This document shows, in pieces, positions 26,612 to 41,700 of a stretch of 64,000 nucleotides of DNA. The notes beneath the pieces are model-generated. The model saw only the letters and a list, made by a program, of their open reading frames with translations, had not been told where the DNA came from and searched no databases. Made by a program: the position numbers and the translations under genes. The DNA is taken from NCBI GenBank assembly GCA_039621445.1, contig CP154954.1, positions 17,948,589 through 18,012,588 of the forward strand, written 5' to 3'. The first letter of the stretch is position 1; each line of letters begins with the position of its first letter. The stretch comes from Euglena gracilis. Taxonomy: Eukaryota.

Positions 26612-27874
26612 ATGGGGAAGCGGAAGTGGAAGAAGGGCGGCGGCAGAGGGGCGGCGGAGGAGTCGAAGAAGGCGCGGGGGGACCCGGAGGCGGAGCCGGC
26701 GGCCCCGGAGGGCAAGGTGTGCCGTGGTGGGGGTCAGGACCATACTCTTGCTTTAGGTGTGTCCGACCCCCCCCCCCGGCGACTGACTGGTGTTTTTTGG
26801 AGTGATTGATTGGTTTTTGGCTCCAGACCTGGAGGGGGGTCATTCAGGGACCCCCAACAGTAGCCCACTCAGTGCCGAAAGGGTCATAAAACTTTTTGTG
26901 GGGGTTTTGGCCAGAAATGCGTTTGTCTTAGGCCATTTTGGTCTGAGTGGTCTGAGTTACTAACCAGGGTGGGAAGTGAGTGACTGGTTTTTGAAAAGTG
27001 ACTGATTGGTTTTTTTGAAAGTGGAAAGTGACCCCCCCCCCCAGCCGGTAAGCAGTGGCATGGTCAGAAGGTGGCCATACCATGCCATGAGATAAACACA
27101 CACACTTTGTTTGTCTGCTGCTTATCTGTCTGTCTGTCTGTCTGCCTGGCTGGCTGGATGTCTGTTTATTTGTCTGTCTGTCTGTCTCTCTGTCATTGCC
27201 ACACAAGCGGAAAAGGCAGACCAAAGACGGTTTCGGACCCAGCCAGGCCATCTTTTTCGGGCTACCGAAGCCCGGTGGTAACAGACCGCTTTCTGAGCAT
27301 GCTCTGTTTGGGGGCTAGTCATGGACCCCAAGGGTATGCCAACCCCTGGGCCACCCACAGCTCGATCCAGGCGGGCGAGTCACGGCTCCTTGGGCACCCA
27401 CCTGGAGAGCAACTCTGCAGTCACATGGCGAACACCCGAGGAACGACCTGTGTGCTCCAGTTGCCCAGAATTGGGGGCTTGTGGCGGCATGAAGGTGGTC
27501 ACCCCTCTGGGATACTCTGGCCCCCTGCCGGCGCCGATGGGGTCCTGGCTACCCATTAACCCGCTTCCTTCACCCTGGCCACAGTGTGTGGACAGCCTTC
27601 CTGGAGCGCCCCTTGCGGGCGCCCGCAAACAGTCACCTGCCAATGAAGCCTAGCAAGTTATGGGGAGCCCGACCCGCATTCACCCATGCGACCCTCTCTT
27701 CAATGACGACTGAACCTGAGGCTGTGCGGGAGGGACCTTGCGCTCGAGTCCTTGCATGCTGCGTAGGGAGCCTAGTTCATATATATTTTATATGTTTTAA
27801 CCGCTGGCGGGAGCACCATATTCTTAGCGCCTGTCTGTCTGTCGATCTGTCTGCCTGCCTGCCTGCCTGCCTGT

Positions 27875-27911
<37 letters not shown>

Positions 27912-29702
27912 TGTCTATCTGTGTGTGTATGCGTGCGTGAGTGTGTATGTGTGTATATCAGGGGGAAAATTGACATGTGCAATTTTCCCCCAATTTCTGT
28001 AATTTTCCACAAATTCCCACGATTTTTTCTCTTTCTGCAATTTTTCCACCTATTAATCTGAAATGGAAGGTGAAATAGGTCCCGTCGGCCATGACAGACC
28101 TCCATTTAGAATGTGTCATAATTTTTTTTTTTACGTATCACATGTACCACAGCCCAAAAATTAATGTATCACATGTGTATCACCAAAAAATTTTAATGTG
28201 CCACACATGTACCACCAATTTTATTTGTAATTTTTTATATTTTTACATCAATATGTTTTCCCCCCTTTCTGTTCCGCTTTTCATCCTTGTTTCCTTGCCT
28301 CTCTGCAGTGGTGCAAATGGAACATTTTTCTTCTGATAATGCTTTGGGGGACAGCTACGCGGAAATGTGGAGGACGAGGGCATCCCCGATTTGCCTCCTG
28401 GAGAGGGTTCTTCATCAGAATCTGCAAAAAATTGAAAGTGACTCTGCACACCTGAAAAGGAAATTGCCACCACTTCCGTATGGAATGGAAGAATGGCCGC
28501 GATTGGTTGCGTTTTTAAGCATCCCGTGGCATGTGGTGTGCTATTTGCCATCAATTTTGTCAGAATCCAAAAGTTTGTAAAACTGTAAATTTTTCATCTT
28601 ACAAATCTGTGCTTCACAACTTTTATTAATATGTTTCACCAAGGAAAATTTGTGTATCACGTGTGCATCACCATCCTTTTTCTTAATGTATCTCATATGT
28701 ATCACCAAAATTTTTTTAATGTATCATATATGTATCACCCAAAAAAGAAATAATGTATCACAGATGCGTTGTGATACGCAATAAATGGTGGTCTGATGCC
28801 TGGAATGCTTCACAAGGGAACACAAAGTAGTTTATTGCTAATTTCTTGCAAAACAAGTTATTTTTATGCCAATTTTGGCTTTTTTTGTTGTTTTGAATCT
28901 GCTGGGAAATGATTTCGAATAAAAAAATTCCTCATCGTGGAGCAGATTTTTCCTCGAGACCAAACTTTTCGTCAGCTTTTGCTATTTTCCGTTTTTTTAT
29001 TTTATTTTTATAAACCAACACATTCCATATTTTTTTTGGAATCGGAACGTTTTTTTGACGTTTTTGTTGGAAACGGAATGAGCGACTGCTCAAAACATAC
29101 ACCAATGTTGCAAAATGGAAAAATTTGAAAAGTTTTCAAGTCCTCTCCAGCAGAAACGTGAGTGAACATTCTCAATATCAATTTTTCTGCACTTTCCCGC
29201 AATTTTCTGCGAATGTTCCCAAAAGGCCTCCGATTTCAATTCCCCCCTGATGTTTGTATGCATATATGTATATGCACACGTGTGTGTGTGTCCCGGTGTG
29301 TGATTGCACATGTGCTTATGTGGTGTGCGCGTGTTTGTTTGAGATGAGGGCCAATGCATACACATATCCCTCCTCCCTCCCCCCCACAGGGGAACACCTG
29401 GAAGGAGCCCTCTTACTGCAATGCCCTCCTGGAGCAGTTCTACACTACAAACGTTGCGGTGGTGCCGGCGGACGAGTACGGGGAGTTCCTGGCTGCCTGT
29501 CGGTGTGGCTCCCCACTTCTACCCCGGCCTGCAACCATTGGTGCATTAAATTCTGGTGAGACCACACCAGCAGGGGTGATGGGGGTTCGGGGGACTGGGA
29601 CCCTCTGGGGGTTACACACACGGATGCTTGATGGCCAGGCTGGAATTCTCTTTTTCAGGGGTTTCAGCCAACCTTGGTGTGTGGGTGTGTGTGTGGGTGG
29701 GT

Positions 29703-29745
<43 letters not shown>

Positions 29746-32700
29746 GGTGGGTGGGTGGATCGACCATCCCTGAGACGGTGTGTTTTCGGAAAAATAGTGG
29801 GTGGGTTTTAACCTGTGGAAGAGCATTTCAAGGGGGGCCCAATGCCCTTTTTGAGGATGTGTGTGCAGGACATCTGCTTTCGCCTTTTTTTTGTTTTTTC
29901 AGACGGCCGCTTCCAGCAGCGTTCCGCATCAGTGAACAACGCTCAGATGTAAAGGACTACCTCATACGGCAAATCCAGACTGTGTGGATCGACAGGTGCA
30001 AGGCTATTTCACATTTTGGGTTCATTGTTGTGTGGCACAGCTGATGCCTTTGATTTTCGGGGTTGTCTTGTGCTTTTGACTTGCAATTCAGTTTGATTTG
30101 CTTGAATTTGGATGACAGGTGATTCAGCTTGACATTGGAGGGAAGGTTGTCCTAAATGGAGATTTCTGAGCATCAAGAAGTGTGAGCAAGGATGCAAATT
30201 GTGAGGATGCATGCGTTCCCAGTAATTCACACATCACAGTATTTGCGTGTGCGTGATTCGGCTTCTGTTTAACTCAGACCCCCCGGTGGAGGGGGTGGGT
30301 GGGTCTGGGGCCGGACCCCGCGTGGGGGGGGGGGTGCAGGCTGGAGGCCCGGGTTTGGTTTCGGTGCAAAACGCCGAATTTTTTTTGGGAAATGTCCTTA
30401 GACTGCCCGATCTTTGGTGGTGACATCCATGCAGGGACACCCCCCGTCTTCCTGGCTGGGTGGGTGGGGGGACCTCCCTCCCCCAGGGGCCTTTAACAGA
30501 ATAATGAATAACAGAATAATAATTATCCCGGCAAGCATGAGTCCATGATCATGTGCAGCCTGCCAATGGACACTTGGCAAATGATTGAGGAACACGACGA
30601 AGGTCTTTATCAAAGGTGAATATTGAGACCTCATCGCATGAACGATAAGCTGGTGCTTCGCTATCCGTTGAGAGGAATCAACCTTGATGTGTCTCAGGTT
30701 GACAGAATTGGCGGCATTGCAGACCACTGATGGTGCAGATGAGGTGTCTTTATGTGTGGTTGTTTTTTTCAAGCCCAAGGAGACCTCTCACCCAGATTTT
30801 TAAGCCACCGGTGGTCCCTCCAATAGTGAGCGATAGGATCCTGTGTTCGAAACCTCGAAGGATCGAAGGTTTTTGGCTCAGCAGTATTTTCAGGCGAGCG
30901 ACCCATACTGCCAAACTCAAAAGGGTCTTGAACAGAATCAGGCTTCTTTTTAAGTCAGAAGACCCCCCAGGGGGGGGGTTCGGGGCCAGACCCACCCCCC
31001 GGCCCCCCATGGGGGGTCTGGCCATGTTTTTTTTTTAAACCACCATGCTCTTGGCAACACAAAACAATGAATTGCCTGTGCGCAGTTCCATGAAATTGAC
31101 GAAAATTTAAATTCTCCTCCTGATGTTTGTCGTCTTTCGAGCCTGTTTAACAAAGAGTCTCCTGATTTTAATGGAAAACAGAACGTCCTGTGTGCGATTC
31201 CATAATTCTATTTTTTTCTCCAAAAAGCTTTCAAGGGTTGCTCTGGCACGAGTTTCCCCTGCATTTTGGATGCTGTTTTAGATCCAAAACGATTTGATCT
31301 TTTGATATTTTTCCTCCTCTTTGACAAGGAAAAAGAAGAAGTGAAACTCTCAAACGGCTCAGCTGTGCCATCAGAACTCAGAATTCATGCAAGGAGGAAA
31401 GAAAATGCCGGTCGTCAATGGCCAACAGGCTCGTTCGCTTGTTTCTACACATTTCCGGTGTGTTGCACCCGGAGGGAGTCGGGTGCTTTTTTTTTATACC
31501 TCTCTCCATTTTGCAGGACGCTGCTCGGAGCGAAGTCATCGTGCCGCCGAAGTCAATGGGCTGGTACCCTGCGCGAAGCCTCCCTTAGGCCCAACACGGC
31601 AGAGGAAGTCATTTTTCAATTTTCAAGGTTGCTCGCCGGGGTGGGTTGGTGGCCCCCCCTCTGGGGTACCCCCCCGGGATGGTTAGGCCTCTGTTTTCGA
31701 CGCAAATCATGCCAAATGTTTGGACCACAAAATTGAACTGCAAAAGTGGATCCCTCCGAACCCCCCCCCCCCCAGGGGATGGGTGGGTGCCGGACCCCCC
31801 TCCCCCCCGACCCTGAGGAACCTCTGCGCCACCGTTTAGGTATGTATTATTAGCTGGATTTTGGTTCGTGTTTTTTTCTGGCCGCAAAGTGGGGCAATGT
31901 ATCAGATTGGGATGGCACTGAGTTCGGGACCGAGGATGAGCGACACAGGTCCTGGGGGAGGGGGGGGATTCCCTCTGGCACTCGGGGTGGGGCATCCTGA
32001 AGTCCCCCGACCCCTCTGTTCAGCCTGCAACTTTTTTGATTTGACGGTTTGTTGGACGGGGCGGGGCCAGGGACAGCTTGCATTGGACCTCGTTATGGCA
32101 TGGCGGGGGGTGTCGGGGCCAGCGCGGGGGTGGCGTGGACCGTCACGATGCCGCGCCACGTCCTGCGGCGGAGCGCCGCGCTGAAGGGCTTCAACCGCAT
32201 GCTGGTGGCGGAGCACATGCTGGGCGGCCTCGCGCGGCAGGGAGCAGCGCTGACAGGACAGGACAGTTGGAGGCACTGTTTTTTTGCCGGGGGTGCTCGA
32301 TGTTCCTGGAATTGGGGGGGGGTAAGTTTCAAACCCAGCTTTTTTGTAGCGGCCTGCAGCGCCGAATAAAATTTTTGGGCCGAAGAAAAATTTTGGGCGT
32401 TCACTGGAGGAATTTGGATTTTGCTTAAATTTGTTGGATGGACCCTTAAAAATGGCGGAATAATCTTGGACAACAATCCGTACAGAATTTTCCCCACAAC
32501 AATTTTTCCTGTCCAAGCCCCCCGGTACTCCTGAAAGCAAAAGAACTCGTTCCAGCCTTCCAGCCGCCTGAAGGGGTGCTGGAAATTTAAGAAACGAAAA
32601 ACGTCCATGGGGGCAGGGGGTCCGGAGCTGGAAAAGGATGCTGGCTGGCTGACCCCCTGGATGACTGGATGAGGTGTGAGCTTAATGACGCCCTGGGAGT

Positions 32701-35700
32701 GCTACTCTTCAGGCGGCTGGACAGGAAATCAAGTTCGTCAATGAGCTGGGGAGGGGCTGTTTTTTTTGTTGTCCCAAACCACCTTTTAGAAGGTGTATTG
32801 TGCGTCCAGAATGAACACTGGGTCTCATTTCACCAATTTCACCAAATTTCACCCATTTTTCAATGTTGGATTTGGAAAAACCTTCGGATTTGATGTGAAT
32901 TCTGGCGAGAATTTTTATTAGCATTTTGAGGATTTGTCCACTGTGTTTCCCGACAGAGTACCCAGTCCGACCCTGGGCCCAGTTCCAGCTGGGGGACTGG
33001 GGTTTGCCAGCAGCCTTTTTCAATCCAGCCCAAATTTCCTCTGACCTGGACCCCCCGGGGGCTTCAAGCACCCCTGTTGGCTGGCAGTAATGAATTTTTT
33101 GTTTTGAAAGGTGAAAAAGGTGGCGCAAAACTAGGCAAATACCAGCCAGAAACGGGCTTCCCAGCTGATATCTTAGGCCAACGGATTTTTTGCACCATTT
33201 GCTGAACTTCGGGCTTTCTGCGAGTTCAATCTTTGGGCTCCTGGTTCGACCACTTCCAGTTCCAGCCGGGGATCCCCATGGGCCAGCCAGCAGCTTTTGC
33301 CAGTCAGCTTGTTTCTTTGGGGGGGGGGGCGGTCCAAGCGACGCCCTGTTTGTGGCGCTGGAGCTGGAGGAGGAGATGGTCCACCTTTTTATACGTTTTT
33401 GCCACATCGGTTGTCCCCATCGGCCCGTCAGCGCTGGTCGGAGGAGGTGTCGATGATCCCCCCGACGCTGCTGGACATCCGCCCGGTGTGGCCCCTCCGC
33501 CGGCCTCCGCTCTCCCTATCCCCCGCGAGCCGCTGCAGCCGTGTGGGGGCATGGCAGTTTGAGCGGGACATTGGTGCTTTCTCCCTTGCACAGGACAGCC
33601 TGGTGCTCGACATGTGTGCAGCTCCCGGGAGCAAAACCATTCAGGTCTGCTATGTTTATGCAGCATGGTACGTCTTTTTTTGGTACTAAAGCCCTTCTTT
33701 GGTTCCTTCCAGGAATACTTGTTTTTAGGAAACCTTATGAAGAAGCAAACATATTGTGGAAAGTCAGCACTCTCTTCCCTTTTCCCCTTACCTGCGGGTT
33801 GCAGGCAAACAAAGACGTCGCACTTTTCCGAAGTCCGGTGACCCTGACCGACGTTCCCCTGGCCTTCCCTCTCCCCAGCTGCTGGAGATGCTCGTGGCTT
33901 CGGCTCGCCAAGCGCAGGCGCCGGTGACCGAACCAGACCTTGGGCCATGCGCAAAACGTCAGCTCGATGCATTTAATTTGTGAAAATTTCCATCAATGTG
34001 CCGAAGTGAAGCGTTAAGTCGAGTGTTGTGCTTCGCCTTTCGTAGGCAAGACAAACACGGTATCTGTTTCATGCCTTTTTTTGTGACTTCAATGTTAGAT
34101 GCCCCAACTATCAGGGTATTGGTCTGCTGAGTTTTCCACCCCCCAACCCAACCCCTCGACGGGTGACTGAAATTTTAGAAATTTTTCAATGTCCACAAGC
34201 AAATGAGCAAATCCTCTGATCCTTGGCTCCAGCTACCAAGTTGGGTTGGTGGGTGGGTCCGGAGCTGAGCCCCCCCCCCTTTGGGTCCTGCGCCGACCTG
34301 GGAGAATGGGGACCCATCCCCCCCCCCCACACAAGCGAAGGCCCAGCCTGCCGGCGGTGCGTGGTGGCCAACGACGTCAGCTTCAAGCGGGCGGAGGTGC
34401 TCGTCACACAGACCCAGAAGCTGACGGAGCTGCTCGCCCACCTGGTCATCGTCAACCACGCCCAGCCCCTCCCCCGACACCTTTTGCCACCTTTTGCCTC
34501 TGCCCCCCCTGCCAGTCCAGCTGGGACTGGGTCGCTGCTCCCTGTTCTCCCAAATTCAGTACATATGGATTTCCTGTTTCTTTTTGACCAGTGCCCCTGT
34601 TCCTTTTTATATGAAAGCCCGTTCCTCACCATACAATCACTTCTGGTCACGTCCGGTTTTTTTTTTTAGAATGACTGACTGTTTTTTTGGCCCGAACCCC
34701 CCCCCCCCGGGAAGGGTTTTGAAAAAAAGAACAGCAAAGTGAACCGCGCCGACACTTTTTTCTTACTGTCTTCTTCGTATCTGTGACTGATTTTTCGACT
34801 GTCCACCCTGAGGGGATTGCCTGGTTTTCCAAAAAAAAGCAGCTCCGTATTAGAAGAGCGGAAGTGGCCCCCCTCACCCCCTTGGCCCGTAAAATTGTCT
34901 GTTCCCCAACCTGTTAACCAGGTCCCAAAATGAGCTTTCTCTGGGCTTCCAGCACCTTCAGTGCCGGAGTGCCTCGGCCGAGTGCCCTTTTGGCACTCGA
35001 TGATGTGCCCCCCCCCCCCCCCGGAGAGTCAGACATCTGCCTGGGAGCGCCCGCCCCGGCAGGCACCCCCACCCCCGGGTGGTTGGCCTTGCCTCAAGAA
35101 TTGGATCTTTTTGCCCCCGGACACTCCGAGACCCCCTCCCCCCGGGTTGGTTGTATTCTGCCCGGCTATCGCATCCCGGCACCATGAACGCCTCCAGCGG
35201 CTGTGGGGGGGGGGGCTGTTGAGACGCGCGGAACTTCCCTCGGCTGGAGACCGAGGACGGCCATCACTGGGGCTTCGACCGCATCCTGTGCGATGTGATG
35301 TGCTCCGGTGTGCTGGGCCCGTTGTGCCACAGATGGATGAGACGTGACGGTTTTGTACTGGATTGTGGGGCTTTGCTTCTTTGCAGTGCCTGTCAGAGTG
35401 AATATTATTGCCAATGATCTGGCAACCCCAAATGCCGTCGGGCCCAAGATTAGGGACCCAGCACCATTCTCTTACTTTATGCCTTTTTTAAGGTTATTGA
35501 CCGAGCGAGGGGGGGGTGGGTGAGTGGGTGGATCTGAACTGTACCCTCTCCTCGGGGGGGGGGAGGCTTGGGCCGGGTGAGTGCCCCTGGAAGGGTTTGG
35601 CCCCTTTATTCGACGCTTTTTTGCAATCTTCAATCCTTCAGTTTTTAGGGCCCCAAATTGACCAAGCGGGGGGAGATCAGCATTTTGGCAATTTTTCCAC

Positions 35701-38700
35701 AATTTCTAACAATTTTCAGGCATTTTTCATTGAAAATGGAAGATGCAATGAGTTCCGACCATTCCTCAGGTCCTAAAAAGCCTCTGCATCATGCCTCTTG
35801 GATGATCGAAATCAATTGTGCACAGAAACCATTTGTTTATCTTTGTTTCTCAGGGGATGGCACACTGCGCAAGTCTCCCGACAAATGGGACAGCTGGACG
35901 CCGCGTGAGAGCGCTTCGTTGCACCGGATGCAAATCCAAGTGTGTGGTGGCTGTGGTCTCCATGCCTTTGACGTTCTCGAATGAATGAAACCGTCCATCC
36001 TGCAGGTTGCATATTTTTTTTTGCTTTCTTGGGTCACAGGAATATTGTAAGTGTTCGTTTACAGAGTTTTGTTTTGTTCCTCACAATTTCAAAGCTTCCT
36101 CGGGATTTTGTTGGCAGATGGCATTTTTTTTTGCATATTTTCCCCAACGCAATTTTCCCACATATTTTTGCCCCAACCTCCTGGCCACAGCAAGCCCTCC
36201 TTCTCTTGCCCTGTTGCATCTTTGCAGCCTTCACCACAAGAATGTGTTTGGTAGGGCTCCACATTTCGAAGAAACGTCGCAGGAGTTTGTTGTTGCCCGT
36301 TGGCTTTCCTTCGCCCTGCCCAGTTCCCAGCACCCCCCCCCCCCACCGTACCCCCGCAGGTGCTGCAGCGGGCGATGTACCTGTGCAACGTCGGCGGCCG
36401 CATCGTGTACTCCACCTGCAGCATGAACCCCGTGGAGGACGAGGCCGTGCTGATTGAGTGCCTGACGAAGGGCGGAGGTGAGTGCTGGCAGTCGTGCAGA
36501 AACAATTTGCGCTGCCACGAACCTCTGGCCTCACTGGGTTGGCTCAAAACCGACCCCGCCCCAAATGTCCTCCTTAGCCCCCCCTCCCCCCAAGGGGTGG
36601 GTGGGTGTGTGTCAGTCCCCCAAGGTCCTGAAAAGGACCTCTACCCCCCGGCCCAGGGTGCAAGAAATTTGTCCGGAAGGCCCCTGGGGTGAGACTCCCT
36701 TGGGGGGCCTTCTGGCCTGAAACAGCTGCCTGCTCTCAAAGCTGCCTGCTGGGCACGGCCCTCCCCAGGGTGCTTCCAGTTGGTGGACACGTCCGCGGCG
36801 CTACCGGGGCTGCAGCGCCGGCCGGGGGTGCTGCAGTGGTCGGTGATGACGAAGGCCGGGCAGCTGTGCCCCGCGTGGTGTGCCAGGGGCCAGCCCCTCC
36901 CCCCAGCAGCGCCGCACCAACAGTTTCCTTTGGGGGGGGTCATGTGCCTGGCATTTCCTTGGCATGATACGTCACCCAGTGCAACCTCCGTTGTCGTTGA
37001 CCGCAGGTTGAGGGGGGTTTGGGGGGGTTTTGGTGTCCCCATCAATCATCTGTGGCAGGTTTCATGTGAATTCCCCGTTGCTTTGCACAGGCGTGGAACC
37101 ATTGTGACAATTACTCAGCTTCATGGAAAACACAGCTATTTCACAACAGGCAGACGACAGTCCACACACCTTTGGCCTGGAACTGCCATCTCCGATGGAC
37201 AGCGGGAGATTTGTGGCATAAAAAACATGTCCACTTTCATTCAAGCAACTGGTCCTCGCGGTCGTGGGCATAAATTTCTTTGCATCCCATACTTGCCAGC
37301 TGAAGCCCAAGCGCATGAGATGATGATGATTGCGGACGGTGCTGTGTTTTGATGTGGTTTCGGTTGGTTGGGGAGAAAGGGTTTGTTGATGTTTTTTCTT
37401 GACCATCAGAGAGGTTGTCACACTGACCCCCTCCCATGATGTTCAGAAAAGGGATTATTTTTCCTTTCGCCCAACCCGCACAACACAACCTCACAAGAAT
37501 CAGTTTGTTTGACCCCATCCCGGGTGGGCCTGACGGTCATCGTAACTCGGAACCCTGCAGCACTTCTCAGCAAGTTTAAAAGGTTCGAAGTTGGTGTGAA
37601 CCAAATTAAATCCCTCCACATTCTGTTCCACAGCTTTGGAACAAACTTTTCAAAAGTTGAATATTCATCCCGCAATTTTTTTGGGAGCATTTCACCATTT
37701 TTTTTTCATGACGTTGAATAACTTTGTTCAACTTTTGGACTTTGGTGCCCGTTTGGAGATTGTTCCTAACCCCCCTCCAAATGCACGGGTCTTATTTTTG
37801 GGTTTGTTGCTGGAAACCTCCGGGCGTCTTACTTTTGAGGAGGTTGAGGATTTCTGGATTTTTTCTTGACCGACCCAGGCCCCAAAAATTGTCATTTTTC
37901 AAACTTATAGAAACACGAAAATTTTTTATTCGCCGCTCACACCATGTGTAAAATGGATTGAGTTGGATTTCCCCATATTTTCTGTGTCGCAAAGCATCTA
38001 AAATATTATGATTTTCATCATTGTGGTGCCTAGAGTCGGTTTTTATTTTTGGAAATGATCCAGGGAATTTTTTTCATCGTCCCCGGCTTATTTTGGGGGG
38101 GGTTAAATTTTGTATTTGAAAAGGCTTATTTTTATGTTGGTAACTCCCATTTTTAATTTTAAACCCCTAATTTCTCTGACATGATCCTTTGTGATATGAA
38201 TAATCAATTTATCCTCCTTGGGGAGCTTTCTAAATAATTTTCAGAGGCCCGAGGCCTGCAAAATATTTTGCAATTGCTGTTCTACTGAGAATGCCATTTT
38301 TTTGCGGGTGCAAAATTTTATTTGCCCATCTTCTTCAGCCCATATCCCCTGCGGAAGGACGCTCAGGTGCGTGCCAGCACACCACACGACACCACACCAC
38401 ACCGCACCGCACCGCACCGCACCGCACCGCACCGCACCGCACCACACCACACCACACCACACCGCACCGCACCGCACCACACCACACCACACCACACCAC
38501 ACCACACCACACCACACCACACCACACCACACCACACCACACCACACCACACCACACCACACCCCACCCCACACCACACCACACCACCCCACACCACCCC
38601 ACACCACACCACACCACACCCCACACCACACCACACCCCACCCCACACCACACCCCACCCCACCCCACACCACACCACACCACACCACAACACGTTGCTT

Positions 38701-41700
38701 TCAGGGAAGAGCTGCCAGACAATGAGCGGTCAGTGATCCTCCGCAGCTGTTTCCCCCCGGCCCTCGACACCGAGGACCAGCGCGCGGCGGTGGCCGCACT
38801 GCACATTGAGCGAGCGATGCGTGTCCTGCCCCACCTCCAGGACACGGGCGGCTTCTTCCTGGCCGTCCTGCAGAAGGTGCTGGGGCGGGGACTCGCACTG
38901 TGAGCGAGCAGCTTTTGCACACAATTGGAACAAAGGCGAGGATGAATTAAAAATTAAATGTTAATCATAGCATAACGTGTATTGATATAATGCAACATAA
39001 ATTTTCGAATATCAGTATGATTTTTTTTTGCGATTGCATTTTATTTCTGTTCCAATATGTGTTCAAAGAACATGTGGCGCTTGAGTCGTCTCCATTGACT
39101 TAACATGCAGCTTAGCTGTTCAGGGCTCACTCAAACCCAGTAAAACAAGGTTTTTTTCCCTTTCTAAGGGCAAGCGCGGGGATGGTCGGTCCCAACTGGT
39201 CTTTCACCATTGCCCCGAACATCTTTTTAGCACAGGGTCACCACCCCCTGATTCCATTGCCCCTGATGTTAGAGCCAAGCTCGTCACACTTTTATTTTTG
39301 CAGCCATTCACCCAAGGCAACAAGGTCAGGTTAGACCGATCACCCCCTCCCCAGGTGGGTCTCATTGGGTTGCTTCTGCCAAACTTTGATCCCTGTTTCA
39401 AAGCACAATTTGACACTGCAGCAGGCGCTCCATTGAACCTCTCGTTTCTCTGTCGCAGATGGGTTCGCAACCGCCCAAAGGAAGTTGAACCCCAATTTCG
39501 ATTTTTTTTTTTGATGAAGTTCCTTGTCACGTGTTGGCATTTCCTCCATTGGCGTGTGTTGTTGTGGCTATGGTTTGCGGGCCAACCCGAATTGGTTGAC
39601 CTTCGTCGGCTGACCCATCCCCCGCTTCGCAGACTGCGCACTGGAACCCAGAGCTGCAGGGGGCAGGCGTGTCTCGCATTGCCTTCTTGGTGGATCCATC
39701 CATCCATCCATCCATCCATCATTCTTCCATCCGTTCATCACCCATCCCTCCTTCCATCCAACCAACCATCCATCCATCCATCTGCAGAAATGTGTGTGTG
39801 TGTGGGTATGGCACCATATGTATACATACACACATATATGCATGCATATATGCGTATGGACACGGACATTGACCTGCACATGGACATATACATACAGATA
39901 TACGCACGCGTGCGTTTCTGTATGTCAATGTTTATGGCAATGTTATACAAGTGGGACCCATTTGCAGAACAGGGTGGGGGGGCTCTTCTATGACCCATTT
40001 TAAATCTCGTGACGGAAGCAGGGTTAGTTGGATTTCAGCCAAACTTTGTCCTGAATTCCTGCTGCGGTTTGGCTGGCTTTCGGCCTGACCCAAGCCCAGT
40101 TTAGGCAAAAAATTCTACCCTACCCGCTGACTCCTAAACATGACCCCATTCCTATCTAACCCTGACCACTGCTGTGCGGGGGTCACCGCAGAGGTTTGGG
40201 CGAGGTTACTTTCTCCCTCTCCCTGCCTCCCAAGAGGGTATTACGAAAAATGAAATCCTGGCCCTGCAGTGACAACTGGTCGGCTGAAGCCCCCATGAGG
40301 CCATTCCTGTGGGACTCCTCCCATTTGTATAACATGCGCGCACGTGTGCGTCTGTGAGTATACACCTGGGATGTACTTCTTTACATGAAATACAACATAA
40401 AAAACAACATAATGGCATACACGTACTGTAATCTGGTGAAGGAACAGGCTGACATTTAAGTTCAAATTACATTTGAGTAAATATAAATTTTCTTTAAGGC
40501 GGTACCGATCCCACGCCCGGTGGGGTGCCTGCCTGGGCAGGCACCCCAAGGCACCCAAATCCGACCCCCCCCCCCCAGGGGTCAGGGCATTGGCCTAGGC
40601 ATTTTTGGCGCCGAAGGCGCTGGAAGCCCATGAAAAGCCCATTTTGGACACTTTTGGCCCATGACCCCGCAGGCACCCAGGGGGGGGGAGTGCCCTGCCC
40701 ACGCACTCCAGAACACCACGCCCCCCGGGTTGGTCAATTTCGGCCTGCATGGGAGCATTGAGGCACCCCCCCCCCCGGCAGGGTTGGCAACCAACCCCAA
40801 CCCCACACTGGGTACTTTGGCATAACCCCCCCCCCCCAAATAAGACCTCGGATCCATTTCATGGGTCGGTTGCTGGAAAGCCCAAGGGGAGGCCTTATTC
40901 ATGGGGGGGGGTCAATTAAATGGATTTTTGCTGGAAAATTTTTGACTTTGGAAAATTATTGCGGGATGCCCCTTTGAGCACTGATTCTCACGTCACTTTA
41001 TGTTCATGGACATAGACATGGCACAAAAATCACTTGCTTCTTTTCTCAATGAGGTCAGAGGCCAAAGCTGTGCTGCTGATGCATCTTTCCATGTGCATTT
41101 CCATATCCGTATCCTATGCGTATTCAAAAACATATGCACACACATACACATACATGCATAGGCATATGCATATGCATATACATATGCATATGCATGTGCA
41201 TACACATATGCACATATATTATGTGCACACATGTGCATGCAGATATTCATATCTACATATTCATATGCATATGCACATTTATAAAGTATACATACAAATA
41301 TGCATATGCATATGCGTATGCATATGATATACACATACATATTCATATCCATACACAATTACGTACATACGTAACATATACAAAGACATTTCCATTTGCA
41401 TATACATCTTTATGTACACACACATGTTCATATGGATATGCATATATGCACATCCATATACACGTATACGTAGCCAATCACCATCACCATTTTGGTGCTA
41501 AAAATTGTCGTATTCCAACGTGCTACCACCCGCCAGGTGCATATTGTTTTGCCTGCCTAACTGCAGGGGAGGGAAGGAGGTCGGCCACAACCGGCCAAAG
41601 TCGGGAGCCGGCCGCTGTAAAGAGCGACGCCACGGCCACCACTGCAGCCGCAGGAACGGTGGACAGTGAGCGGACAGTGGCAGCGGGCAGTGAGTCCACA

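Noticed and set aside
38218-38736. His/Thr/Pro-rich or VVWCG-repeat ORFs
   Set aside because: These are translations of a pentamer microsatellite within an intron.
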